This document shows positions 1 to 11,701 of a stretch of DNA of 64,000 bases, piece by piece. This DNA is from Takakia lepidozioides (taxonomy: Eukaryota; Plantae; Bryophyta), in assembly GCA_030704615.1 (NCBI GenBank), contig CM060733.1:44702001-44766000 (forward strand), given 5' to 3'. Made by a program: the position numbers and the translations under genes. Under the pieces are notes generated by a model that saw nothing but the letters and a program-made list of their open reading frames with translations, did no database searches and had not been told where the DNA came from. Within the stretch, counting starts at the first letter, position 1. Each line of letters starts with the position of its first letter.

Positions 1-664
1 AAGCCAGATCCAGGTAGCCCGCCTGATCCCCCTGAGCCGACACCTTCGTTGGCCTGTGATCCAAGTGCTCCACTTGATCCAGGTCCAACGGGTTGGGATG
101 TCCTGGTTGTAGTCTCAACCTCAGCTGTTGGGTCTACTTCTTCATATTCTTCCTCTTCCTAATTTCTTCTCTCTGTTTTCATCCTCCAAGTTCTGCCCTC
201 GGGTTTCTTCTTCACTCATGTAACTCAACTGTAATGGTGTTGGAGAGTCTGAACTCTCCGTTGGCTCTGCCACATCCTCTTCTCCTTCTTCATCTTCTTC
301 TGCTTCAGAAACTGGAGTTCCTGCTTTTGGTGTTCCATGCCAACTCTTATCAAAGATTTCTGTCAAGTCTTTTATCCAAGGATGTACCTCAGATCTTTCA
401 CCTCGTGATTGATCTTCTTCCTGTACAAATTCCCTTAATCTTTCTTGCAAGAAACAGAAGGAGTGGCATCCAACTCTAGTTCTTCCGGTATAGGTGATGT
501 ACCCTTTGATCTTGATGGTGTGAGAGGTCCAGATGATTCCCCTATGTCTATTCCTCTCTCCCAAAGATATGGATAATTAGCTTTCAGATAGCTTTCTCTT
601 TTGCTGAATATCTCTGTCGTCTAGCTTCTCTTTCATCACTCATGTCCCATGTCTTTCATTTCTT

Positions 665-1361
665 TTAATGTGGCAATAACCAAAACTCTCTTCTGTAATA
701 TCTCTCGTATATGCCTGGGTTTCTTTCAAGCTTCAATGCACCCTTGGCTATACTTGAAGTCTCCGTTACCATATAACCATATGGCAAACAAGTCTGAAAA
801 GCTGTTCTTGGTGTGAGTTTGATCCACAAAATATCCTTTGGAATCCAATTCTTTACCAGTACAAGCTCTTCATGCATACGAGTATAAACATTCATCTTTC
901 TTTCTTCCCAGCCTTCAAACTCTACTCGTTTAATGGATAGCAATGCTATCACATAAACCAATGTTGGTAACCAACGTGCTCTTCCTCTACAGGCTACCTG
1001 ATAAATCTTTATCACTCCTTTCTCCCAGACCCCATTCTGGATCAGCATCATGCACTCGTTTAAGAATATTTTCTTTACAACCGTCTGGCAATTCCAAGAA
1101 CCTTTGAAAGAATTGTTTGGACAATCTTTCTTCCTTCGTTCCACAGGGAATTTGATTCACTTCAAATTCTTTAATGGTCCAACCACCATGATCCCACCAG
1201 ATGCCTGTCACATCTGGTTGTTCATGTCCCAGGTCCCCAGTATGGTCGCCAAATGTCGCGCGGCTTTTACTCACCCATCCCTTCGCTATTCGAGGTGGAA
1301 ACTCCAAGATAGAAGAGTTGGAAATCTCTAAGTACTCAGCCCGCGCAGAACAATCAGTCAT
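665..1361 (-). pseudogene. Extra ORF upstream of Gypsy gag, unknown function, one frameshift
   Basis: ORFs 987-1361 and 665-1144 join into one protein that matches ORF 18153-18542 and its continuation in copy 2. Confidence 0.6.
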
Positions 1362-1884
1362 GACCTACAGCTAGTGTATCATGGGGGTGTTTCCTATTTG
1401 TTTCCCTTTTGGTATTCATGTTACTACTTACCATTGATAATTAAGTATCAGTTTGCTTTATCAATCTATTGGATTCCATCAACTCATCCATTCATTCCAC
1501 AGCTTCACTCAGATCTCTCTACACAGTGCGATTGTATCGTAAAGTATCCGATTATGATTTATCAGGTATCAGGCCGAAGCCATTGTGTCTCTAATCTACT
1601 CTACAATATCATTACATACAGCTTGCATATATCAAGCATCTACTCATCATCTCTCTATCTTCACTTCCGTTCTCATCTCTGCCCGATCCCCTCTCCTCTA
1701 TCACCAAGAAGTCCTCCTCCGAATGCTGTCCAAATCCCCCTCCTTCATTCCCCGTTTTCCCTTTTATCTTCCTATCCGCGTTCTAACCGTTTCCCTCACT
1801 AACCGTCGTCTGTGACTAACATGTTCCCTTCGCAGGTGTTGTTCCCCACAGTCGTTCCCTGTCCTACTCTTCGTTCCCTATGAT

Positions 1885-2230
1885 CGTGACAGCTGTGTCA
1901 AGCTGTGACTGGCTGTGTGAAACTGTGACGGGCTGTGACTGGCTGTGCGACTGTGTTTGGCTGTGTCGGGCTGTGACTGGCTGTGTGGCTGTGCCGGGCT
2001 GTGTCGGCTGTGTCGGCTGTGTGGCTGTGCCGGGCTGTGTCGACTGTGTCGGCTGTGTCGACTGTGACGGCTGTGTTGGCTGTGTTGGCTGTGACGACTG
2101 TGACGGCTGTGTTGGCTGTGTTGGCTGTGACGACTGTGACGGGCTGTGTTGGCTGTGTGGGCTGTGATGGCTGTGTGGGCTGTGATGGATGTGTGGGCTG
2201 TGATGGTTGTGTGGGCTGTGACGGTTGTGT
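1885..2230. repeat. Degenerate GGCTGTGT/GACTGT microsatellite in the Gypsy leader
   Basis: Directly visible; similar arrays occur at 19051-19195 and 11870-12008. Confidence 0.9.
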
Positions 2231-2352
2231 AACCCCCCTCTACAGTGCGCTGCTGTCACCCCTAAGGCTCCTGTTGGTCTCAGTCTGTGCAAAAATTAAG
2301 GGTACCCTACAGATCCCGTATAAGTGTCTAAGTCCCCGACAGTCCTCTAACA

Positions 2353-5300
2353 GGTGTCAGTTTGCCTCAATCAAAGGTGGTCGTCCTGGAGGGCTCCCCT
2401 GCTGCTACCCCTAGTAAGAAACAGAAAGCCCATGAGAGGGCAAAAGAGAGGGCAAAAGAACAGGCGAGACAGAAGGCTAGCTAGGAGGAAAGAGAAAAGG
2501 CCATTGAAGAGGCTAGGGGTGTCGAAATGACAGATGCTCATGTAAGCGAGGGATGCACAGAGATGGTGGATCCCTCCAAGACACCAGAAAATAGGCAGTA
2601 ACACACCGGCTGCATCCTTACCGGTTACACCATCGCGGGCAAGAGCAGCCCCCGCAATTACCCATACGGTGGAGACTGGAGGAGGGGAAAGCACACCATA
2701 AAGGCCACGAATTGTGCAAGTTCGAGGTGAAGCCGGGGAGAGGGCAGTAGAGACAGGGAGAGTGCTCGAGGTGGTTCCGCCGGTGGTTGACCATGTTGAG
2801 GAGGATGACAGGGAGCTTTCTGACCAGGATGACATCCTCCCGGACATCCCCAGGCCCCAAACCCGCAGCATACAGGCTGGATTTGGCGGTCTTGGTGGGC
2901 TGCCGGAGAACCCCTCTGCAGCAGACGTCATGTTGGAGGCGGATATGAAGTTGGCCACTGCCAAGATGTTGGAGGCAACCCACAGCAACATTGGCAGGGT
3001 GCTGGGGGGCATGGTGTACCCGGCCAAGCTTCGAATTCCCCTTTGCCGCTTGGTGTCATTGCAGGTGGTGAGACCTGCCCTCCCAGGCGATATCGACAAG
3101 CTGAATTTCTCTTTCCAGGAGGGATATCGAATGGGGTCTGCCGCGTTTTACGTTTCCATTGAGAACGACCACGGAGCTTCCCGTCCCCAAACTTCCGATG
3201 AGGTGGACAAATGGGGTCCCCATTGGCAAAGGCAAAATTTGGAGTTCGAGAGATCGATTGCTACTATCTGATCCTCTTTCCAGCACTTTCCGGAAGATGT
3301 TTGTTTTACGTGTGGGACGGCAATCATCGCCTCCTGGCATGGATGGAGTACATAGCCGAAGCCCACCCCAACGACCTGGATTGGCATTTTGCCGTGGAGT
3401 GTGTTGTGCTGAAGGTTGCGGGGCCCAAAGATCGCAGTCTTCTCAAAGCTGCAATGGCGGACATCAACTCGTAAGTTACAACGCCTCTTGCTTTTGGACT
3501 TTGAATTTGTAAGTCATTTCATTTCAAATCCTCATATTTGTTGCAAATTCCCATTTCAGTATTGTTTGATGGAAATGTGGCATTGCAGGGTGACTGAGAA
3601 TGCCTTCATTGCCACCAACTTGTCCCATATGCTCTTCCGAGTGAAGGATGTTAGAAAGCAGGGGGTGCAAGAGTTTACCAATTCGCTCAGTGCCGACCTC
3701 CTGCGCAAGTCGGAGGCAAAGGCAGACAAAACCTGGTATAGGCTGAGCATAGATGCCATGGTGGACTACATATTTTGGGTAAAGCTCCTCACTGTTTTGT
3801 TGAGCTAATCTGTCTCTCCTCCCCCAATAGAAGAAAAAGTATTGAGCATGATCTCTAATCTTATGTGCGCATTCTTGACAGACAAAAATTCAGCAGGATT
3901 TGGCACATGCGTGGAGGTTCTACATGGAGTCAGAGGAGAAGAAACTAACCCTCCCGGCACTCGAATCGTATCTCAAAGCTGCGGAGGCGAAGGCCCCGCA
4001 AAAGTACAAGTCGCGGATGGTAAAGTACGTGGCCATAGCTGATCCCGCCCTTGGTGCCGACTTTCTGGTGGAGGTGGGGAAGCACTATTCCCGCGCTCTG
4101 AAGCCCACGATGACATTGGAGAAGCTCCATCGTCTAGCCACATCTTGTGTGGATGCAACAGGAAAGGTGATACATTCTTAACCAAATTGTGGTGGCAACA
4201 ACTCGTTTTTGTCGTGTTTGGTGCTTATGAATATGCTAGGTGGTTGGACAGACCCGGTGGCTCCAAATCTAGAATGGTTCCCAAAGTACAAGGGACATGT
4301 GGAGCTTCCCCAAACTCGACAAACTGTCTGACCCCACATTCGACATGTGGATGAACCGCATGACATGGTGGTTTGAGGTACTTACCCACGCTTCATTTGG
4401 CGCTTCTACTCTTGTAGTTGGAGGATTTATTGTATTTTTTGAGGAAAGCGATCTGATGGAGAATCTCCACAGGTGACGACGAATGCGCAAGAGCAACTAG
4501 ACACACAAGCACATCAGTTCAAGCTGGAGATTTCTGGTGCAGCAGAGAGCCTACGCGACTATGTGACGAGGTACTTTCTGCTCTACAAAACCAACCTATT
4601 CTTTCGGGAAATACCCCATGCCCGCCGGAGCCACGAGTTCACCAACCAGCCGAACGCGGACAAAGCAACAATGCGCCTTTTGTACAGGTACATACGCGAT
4701 GCCTTCCTTTCAAGTCCTTGCATTTCAGGATGTTAGAGGCCTCATGTGGCGCATGAAAATTAGTTGTTAAGAAGTCCTTGGAAAAATGGCGCCGAATTTC
4801 CAGTTCAGGGCTCCCACAATGGCTAAGTCCCTAGGGTGGCTGGCACCGAAAACCGAAATTCGGCGCCATTTTTCCAATTCCAGGCCCAGTCAGTTCTGGG
4901 ACTTAGCCATTTTCGGCCCGGACCTGGGAAAATGGCACCGAATTTCCAGTTCAGGGCTCCCAAAATGGCTAAGTCCCTAGGGTGGCTGGCACCGAAAACC
5001 GAGATTCGGCGCCATTTTTCCAATTCAAGGCCCAGTCAGTTCTGGGACTTAGCCATTTTCCGGGCCGGACCTGGGAAAATGGCGCCGAATTTCCATCTCA
5101 GGGCTCCCAAAATGGCTAAGTCCCTAGGGTGGCTGGCACCGAAAACCGAAATTCGGCGCCATTTTTCCAGTTCTAGGCCCAGTCAGTTCTGCTCCAACCT
5201 GGGAAAATGGTGCCGAATTTCCAGTTCAGGGACCTCATTCTGTGTTTTTCATGAATGCAGGTACTGCAAGTTCTCCCTTTTGGAGAAAGGTCATCTGTCC

Positions 5301-7477
5301 TTTGAGCCACCATTCTTCCTGGCATGGAGGAACCCTGGGGCTGACTCCATGCACACTGACATTATTGTGAAGGAGTGGCATCTGGAACATTTGCGTGATT
5401 GACCTTGGTATGTGGACCTTCCGCCCGGCTCGCTCGACCCATCCGAGTTTCAATTGAAGCTGGATGCTGAGGCCCGACAAAACCGGGCTCCGCTGCCTCC
5501 GCTGGGTCCAAAGGAGGCAAAAGCGCTTGCGAACTCCAGGAAAGCGGCAGAGCTTGCTCAGGCAGGAATTCAGGAGAAATTGAATGAGAAGAATAAAGGC
5601 CAAAAGAAAAGGACAAGGAAACAGGGGAGTACAGTAACCCCCAAAAAACAGAAAACCATCGGGGCATCGGAGGAGGCGCAGGAGGGGACCCAAGGGAGTG
5701 ACTCGGACGACGACTTTGTTCAAGGTCCTGCGACTGCTGCTGCTACCAAGTCACCTGTCGTCCGGGTTCCCAAGTCAGTTCGGAGTGGGACTGGCTCTGC
5801 CAAGAAGTTGGCATTTGAGGGCGAGCCTACATGGCGGTATTCGGCGGTGACGTTTACGCACAGGCCAAAGCTAGAACCCCCAACCATCATCCAATGCGTC
5901 AATGAGAGCTTCCTTGACGCTCTGGCTGCCAGGGCAAAGAAGGTGGCACACAACAAGTCTCTGGAGGAGCAGAAGGGGAAAGCCAAGAGGAGGGCTACCG
6001 GTACAGAGCCTAAAGACACCCCTGGTTTTGAAGCCATGATGGAATTCTTCACGGCTGTGAGCACGGATTGCAAGAGCACTCGGGGGGGGGGGGGGGGGGG
6101 GGGGGTGGGGGGGGGGGGGGTGAGGTGGAGAGAGCTTGCGATATGATTCTCCTCGACATTCCAGATGGGGAGCTGCTGGAGGGCTTGGATGGTGTGCCCA
6201 CCTGGAACAGGTTTACTGAGGACTACTGGAAAGCCGGGTTTGGGCTGGCGGGGATGCTGCTGGATGACGGTGGATGTGTGGTTGTCCTTGCCACAAGAGG
6301 GAAGACCACAGAGAATGTTGTGGCAAGATGGACACCGACAAGTGTCACCTCGGTCCTCCTCAGAAAATGGTTCTGCATCAATACACAGGGGTTGCGAACA
6401 GAGGGCCAAAGTGTAAGTTATCAATCTATTGCATTCACCTCATATTGTGGTGTATCTAAACTAGATCCCGGAGTTGATCCCTCTTTTGTTGGATGTGCAG
6501 ACATTGGTGTTTGAGGCATATTGCTTGTGAAGAGAGGGTCTACGTTCAAATTCCGCAACGACGGTTGTCTTGTTGATGCCGCTGTGGACCCTGTTACCTA
6601 CGATGTCATCTACAACTATGTGCCGAAGGACACAAAGACAGGCAAACCGTGGCGGTACAGCCGGACCCGGAGCCCTACTTTCATCCAAACCCTCATGGAG
6701 ACGTGCTCGGATGTTCAAGGGCGGATTCTTGACCTCACATGTGGCACAGGTAAGCCTTCACGTGCTCAGTTTGTCCCCTGGCCCGATTGCAATTGCATGC
6801 CACAAGCTATTAACTGTCCGCTTGTTCCTCAGGTGCTTCAATGTGGGCAGGGACGTTGTCCAATAGGCATGTGTTTGCCTTCGAGCCAGATACTGCCCTC
6901 CACAACTCGGAACTTGGAGCGGCTGAACGTCTGCCAAAAGAGGAAGAGGCATCCTCGGAGGATGAGGAAAAATCTGAGAAGGAGCAGGGGGAGGAACAAG
7001 TTGGGATCGAGGCCGAGGAGCCCCCGGTTTACGAGTGAGTGGTCGCATTGTAAGTTGCCTCCTGATTTCGTGAGGCACCTCCCTTCGCTCTCTTATTTCA
7101 TTGAAATACCCTTTCTGCTTCTGCTGGTATTGACATTCTTGAAGTGGATTTGTTCTTACTGTAGGATGCCAAGTACTGCAGGAGGGACATCTACACCGGA
7201 GTTCATGGGCAAGAGGAACGTGCCTTTTTTTGCCAGGGGGGATTTCATGCCTAGTCCAGAAAGGGACTACATCCTTCTTATTTATGTTGCCCGGCTTGCT
7301 TCGGTGTCCATTAGGAGGTGTTCCGAACCTAGTCGTGTACAACAGATTTTAGACAAGGCAAGCCTCAAGAAAATGAAGATGAGGGAGGAGGCAGCAGCTA
7401 TTAGAGCCCGTCGGGCTCGTAGATTTGTCTTGGATTCTGCTGAGGAAAGTGGGGGTGAAGAGGCAGAAGATTCCTAG
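2353..7477 (+). pseudogene. Gene A: multi-exon ParB/Srx-like (DGNHR) plus beta-class amino-DNA-methyltransferase-like protein, disrupted
   Basis: Motifs YVWDGNHRLLAW (DGNHR at 3316-3330), ILLDIPDG (6155-6166), RSPTFIQTLMETCS and RILDLTCGTG|ASMWAG..RHVFAFE. GT-AG introns include 3471-3588, 3779-3881, 4167-4239, 4378-4472 and 4688-5260. It carries in-frame stops, frameshifts, a poly-G tract at 6082-6120 and a Gypsy insertion at its 5' end. Confidence 0.8.
4780..5232. repeat. About 3 tandem copies of a 146-147 bp unit with internal inverted motifs, inside an intron of gene A
   Basis: Units start near 4786, 4932, 5079 and 5207. Inverted pairs are AAAATGGCGCCGAATTT/AAATTCGGCGCCATTTT and AAAATGGCTAAGTCCC/GGGACTTAGCCATTTT. 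Confidence 0.9.
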
Positions 7478-7729
7478 GAGGTGAGGTGGACAGTCCCCTA
7501 AGGAGAGGACGGAATTTTTGAGAGGCATAGTGCAACTGATGCATCACAGAGCTTGGAGGATGGGGGGGATGAGGGGGATGAGGAAGAAGGAGGGGCAAGT
7601 TCCTCGGAGGGTGTAGGAGAGTAGTTCCCATTCCTGCTATGACAGTTAGGACACACTTGTATAGACGTGGCTTGCCACCAAATTTGCAATAAAATGTTGT
7701 ATTTCATTGCTATGACGAGTCCACATGAC

Positions 7730-7822
7730 CCTATTTCCGTGCCTCCTAACCCTATTTCCGTGGACACACAATGGCCCGCTCATGTTTTTTTTTTTTTTCC
7801 GCTCATGAAATAGCAGCCCCCC
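7730..7822. mobile_element. Terminus of Mutator-like element A, which carries gene A; the other end lies left of the window
   Basis: Reverse complement GGGGGGCTGCTATTTCATGAGC matches the element B left end GGGGGGTGCTATTCCGTGAGC. CCTATTTCCG subterminal repeats occur at 7730 and 7751, as at 20001, 20020 and 20040. Confidence 0.75.
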
Positions 7823-7889
7823 TACAAGGGCACTACCTTTTCCATTTACAAAGAACATTGAACTTAAACAAGTACAAGTGCAGGGGGTA

Positions 7890-9531
7890 CCTTCCAATAT
7901 GGTAAATCCCATAGGCAGCTGCGCCTTTTGATACCATGAACCTTGACTGGATGAACTTCAGCATCAAGAAAAGCACGGGGGTCAAGGTCATAACCTTTAG
8001 CCTCAACACCAGCGGCCTTTTGTTCAACCGGTGTGAACCGATGTGGCTTCGCACGCATCTCCATCTGTCCATTGAAGTGTATGCGGTTCCTGCGGTATGG
8101 ATGGGCCTGAGTGAGGAACCTGCGGTTACCTTGGTAGACAGTTTTGCCTAGAACTTTTGAGAGTCTTGCATCTACATGAGGACCGCATACTGGACACCAT
8201 TTGTAGCCTTTTGTGACACATCCTGCAAGTAGGCCATAAACAGGAAAATCGTGGATGCTCCACAATAATATGGCGCGTAGTATGAAGGTTCTCTCACCAA
8301 CAGGTTTGCATATGTCATATGCCCGAAACCCCTTCCACAAAATAAGTAACTCCTCCATCAGTGGTGCTAAGTACACATCTATGTGCTCACTTATAACTGA
8401 CTGCTTTCCTGGAATCAAGAGAGTAAGCATGACAAATAACTTTTTTGTAGTGAGCCAGGGAGGTACGTTGTATACCAGCGTCAACACTGGCCATGTTGAC
8501 CAGCAATTGTTTTTATCACCAAACGGGTTGACTCCATCGAAGGAAAAACCAAGCCTTACATTGCGAGGCTCTGCTGCAAAGTCGGGCCAAGTAGCATCAA
8601 TGTGATTCCAAACCTTTGAATCAGCTGCATGGCGTACAAGGCCATCGTTGCTTGCATTCCGACTGTGCCAGGTCATTAATTTTGCAATAGAAGAGCATCT
8701 ATACATACGCAGAAGGTGTGGTATCAATGGAAAATGGCAAAGCACCTTAACAAGTACCTTGGATCTCCCCATATTTTTGAATCTGGCGCTTTGACACTTG
8801 GGGCAACTCTCTGAAGCTTTCAAGTCCCCCCCTAAACAACACACACCCCTTTGGGCAAGCATCGATCTTCTCATAAGCAAGGCCAAGCTTGCTCACCATG
8901 GTCTTTGCATGGTAGAAAGATGTGGGTAGTACGTTTGGTTGTGGCCACAAGATTTTTTGCAGCAAAGAGAACATTTCATCCGTAAAGCCATTTGTAACCC
9001 CATGTGTTGCGCATAGATTCATTATAAGCATGGTGGATGCAAGCTTAGAGGATTTACAGCCTTCATATAAAGGTAGACATGCCTCTTCCAATGAGATGGG
9101 ATGTTTGTGTCACCGGGAACATCTAGGTCATCTAATTCCACTTCTGCCCCATTTCTAGTTTCAGGTGTGTCTATGATCTGAAAGGTCTCTTGGATCATGC
9201 GCTGTACCTCAACAATTCTGTCCAATTCTCCATATGTCCGATGATTTGCTAAAGCTACGTCGTCACCAACCACCATGGCCGTGTCTTCCCATTCATCGTC
9301 AAAAGCATGCCTCCTTGCTCCTCTCCAGGATCTGAACGCAGGGGATCTATGATTGGCCATTAGATGTTTTCTCACTATCTCTATAGAGACCGGACGTCCA
9401 CCTTTACAGTGATTGCAAAGGCATCTTAACTTGTTGAGATCATACTCTCAACACCGCGCAACCTCACGCAGAAAAAGAGCATCGTCGCGCTGTTGTAATC
9501 TCAGCATGGCAGCTGCTCTGTCAGGCTCCAT
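7890..9531 (-). pseudogene. CACTA/EnSpm transposase (Transposase_21 type), 5' exon, frameshifted
   Basis: Motifs RCLCNHCKG..VRKHL, YEKIDACPKGCVLF, PRNVRLGFSFDGVNPF, STWPV, YNVPPWL, LLWSIHDFPVYG and WDLPYWK followed by a GT donor. Confidence 0.9.
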
Positions 9532-10122
9532 GATGCTAAGGAATTCCTTTCCTGGTATGAGAGGAGAATCAAGATTAATATACCAAGTCCCTAAAAAGCA
9601 AGAATTTCAACAATCTACTGTACGTTTCTACTCATAGAGTTGTAAGGTACCACTTTTCGAAGTGGTTGTTTCACACCTCATATTTCTACTTTAGAACTAC
9701 AAAAGGAGTGAGTATGACTCTTACAGTGCAGAAAATGGAAAAAATTGCATCTTGTCATCTACAAACCGCCTTCTTAGTAATATTCAGAGTGGATTGAATC
9801 ACTACGTGGTGACCTAGCACACCCTACTTCTAGGTACAAGCTATAGTGCTTTAAGATAGGATGTCTTGAAAGTTGTGAGCAGTAGCCCAGCCCATCATAT
9901 GCATTTGTAGTTAGCACAAAGCCGTTAGCCCGTTTGTTGTCATATGCTTATATCAACAGCCTCCTCCATCGCTCAATCTGAATGTGCACTTGTAGGGTTT
10001 AGTTAGGCTCAATCTCTTCTCAATTTTGCTGAAGGAGAGTACAGGTTCTATAGCAAAGAGTGAACGCAGCCCAAAACATTTGAACGACGATGGCACTGGA
10101 GGCAATTTGGCAAGAGCACTTG

Positions 10123-10269
10123 TGTCACGGCCCTTTGCCTTGAGGGCAGGGGGTCGGGACACAGGAGGGGCTGCCCCTGTGGTGGGGCAGTGGCAGCGAT
10201 AGGTACGGGGGGCTGAAGCACTCTTGAGTGCCCAAGGCACTCAAGGAAGGCGGAGGTGCTCACTGGGTG
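10123..10269 (+). repeat. 5' fragment of the LTR family seen at 38665-39373
   Basis: TGTCACGGCCCTTTGCCTTGAGGGCAGGGGGTCGGGACAC matches the reverse complement of about 39225-39373 and the sequence from 63586. Confidence 0.9.
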
Positions 10270-10500
10270 CTTGACAGAAGAAAACCCCCTGGATTCCCAA
10301 GCTGCCCATCTCTTTGCTAGCCCACGATCTTCCATTGAGGGGGTGGAGGTGTTAAGGAACAGATGTTGCCTCAATGTTTCAGAAAATGTGGTAGGCTCCT
10401 TTTTAACAGAAAACTTCTTAGGCTGTTCCAAGATTTCCAGATGGAAGCCCAGAGAGGAGAGCCAGGGGACTTATGGTGTTCTAATGTCATATGCACAAAA
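10270..10500 (-). mobile_element. Possible L1-type LINE fragment
   Basis: PTTFSETLRQHLFLN...KRWAAWESRGFSSV resembles PLNPQEYMRQPIFAN...RWAFWESMGFTHI in the LINE at about 41200-41330. Confidence 0.4.
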
Positions 10501-10757
10501 TTCAAAAGGGATTTTCAACTGCCACGTACGTTGAACCTATATTGTTTGCCTAAAATTGTATACATAGAAATGTTGACAAATATCATAGATCCATTCCAAT
10601 CAACACATACAACACATTCAGTCCACAGAGAAGAATGTATTCCCCCAAAAAAATTGAAAAAATCAATTCCAAGTGTGAGATATACAAAAATGTATAATTG
10701 TTGTATTAGAAGGTATTATGTGTAAAAGCAAACACCACTGTACATGGGAACACACTA

Positions 10758-11576
10758 GACATAGGATGCGAGTTGAATGCGTGCGTGCCAGCCTGCAGGT
10801 ACGGTCGCCGGGGTTTGCCGGAGCTGGGGTGCCTTGGCGGGGCCCGCAGTCAAATCCCCACCCCCACGCAGTGCCGTTATCATTGCCTGTATTATAGTAC
10901 AAAACATAAAAATACTGAGGGTGTGCAAGAAAGTGGCGCGTAGCGTGGTGGCTGGATGCATTAACCTACACTGTGCTGCCAGGTTCAATTCTCGCCTATG
11001 GTGCGGTGAGAGTCGTATGTTTAAGGATTTAACTGAAATACCATGAGACTTTTGCATCTCCAAAAAATTTCTAAGTCCCTCAAGCGGATCTCCGCTCCTT
11101 TGTTCCCAATCGCTGCTCCCCTGTCTTACTACTCCCCGCCGCTCCCTTGTTACTGCTCCCTTGCTACTACTCCTGGCTCCCTTGTGCTATTGCTCCCTTG
11201 TTATACTGCTTCGCCGCTCCAATAGTAGGGGAGCGGAGGAGCGGGGAGCAATAACAAGGGTGCGGGGGAGCGGGGAACAATAGCAGGGGAGCGGGGAACA
11301 ATAGCAGGGGAGCGGAGAATTGAGGAGTAGAGGAACGGGGAGCAATAACAGGGGAGCGGAGGAGCGGGGAACAGGGATCGGCGGAGCGGGAACAGGGGAG
11401 CGCCGTAGTGGGAACGTGGAGCGTGGGACCCTCGGATGGGCGTGAAGCATACACGAGGGAAGGGGGGGGGGGGGGGGGGGTGGGGATTTGACCGCAGGCC
11501 CAGGGGGCACTCCGGTTAGCTCCGGGGATCGTACCGACAAGCCTCGCACGCGCGCATTCAACTCCCATCCTATGTC
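10758..11576. mobile_element. MITE / non-autonomous TIR element
   Basis: About 105 bp imperfect TIRs (GACATAGGATG.GAGTTGAATGCG...CAAATCCCCA), TA on both flanks (CTAG context), and internal opposed GCTCCC/GGGAGC arrays. Confidence 0.8.
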
Positions 11577-11701
11577 TAGTATAAACCCTGTACATGCATG
11601 TATTTGACGGACCTACAATAGTCGAAATTGAGTGCAATTTGTGGCGTTGAATATATGTGATATCAAAGAAAATCGAAAACTGGTCTCAGAAACTGAGTTC
11701 A

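Larger units (their letters stand above)
1..2352 (-). mobile_element. Ty3/Gypsy element copy 1, 5' part (gag N-terminus, extra upstream ORF, CACAGCC-repeat leader); continues left of the window
   Basis: Near-collinear with 17490-19316. Both copies end at ...ctctaaca (TGTTAGAG on the minus strand). It abuts an open reading region of gene A at 2353. Confidence 0.85.

Noticed and set aside
1864-2414. Cys/His/Gln-rich ORFs
   Set aside because: They are translation artefacts of the GGCTGTGT microsatellite.
4731-4745. TGTTAGAGG as a third Gypsy terminus
   Set aside because: Only 9 bp match and there is no further similarity.
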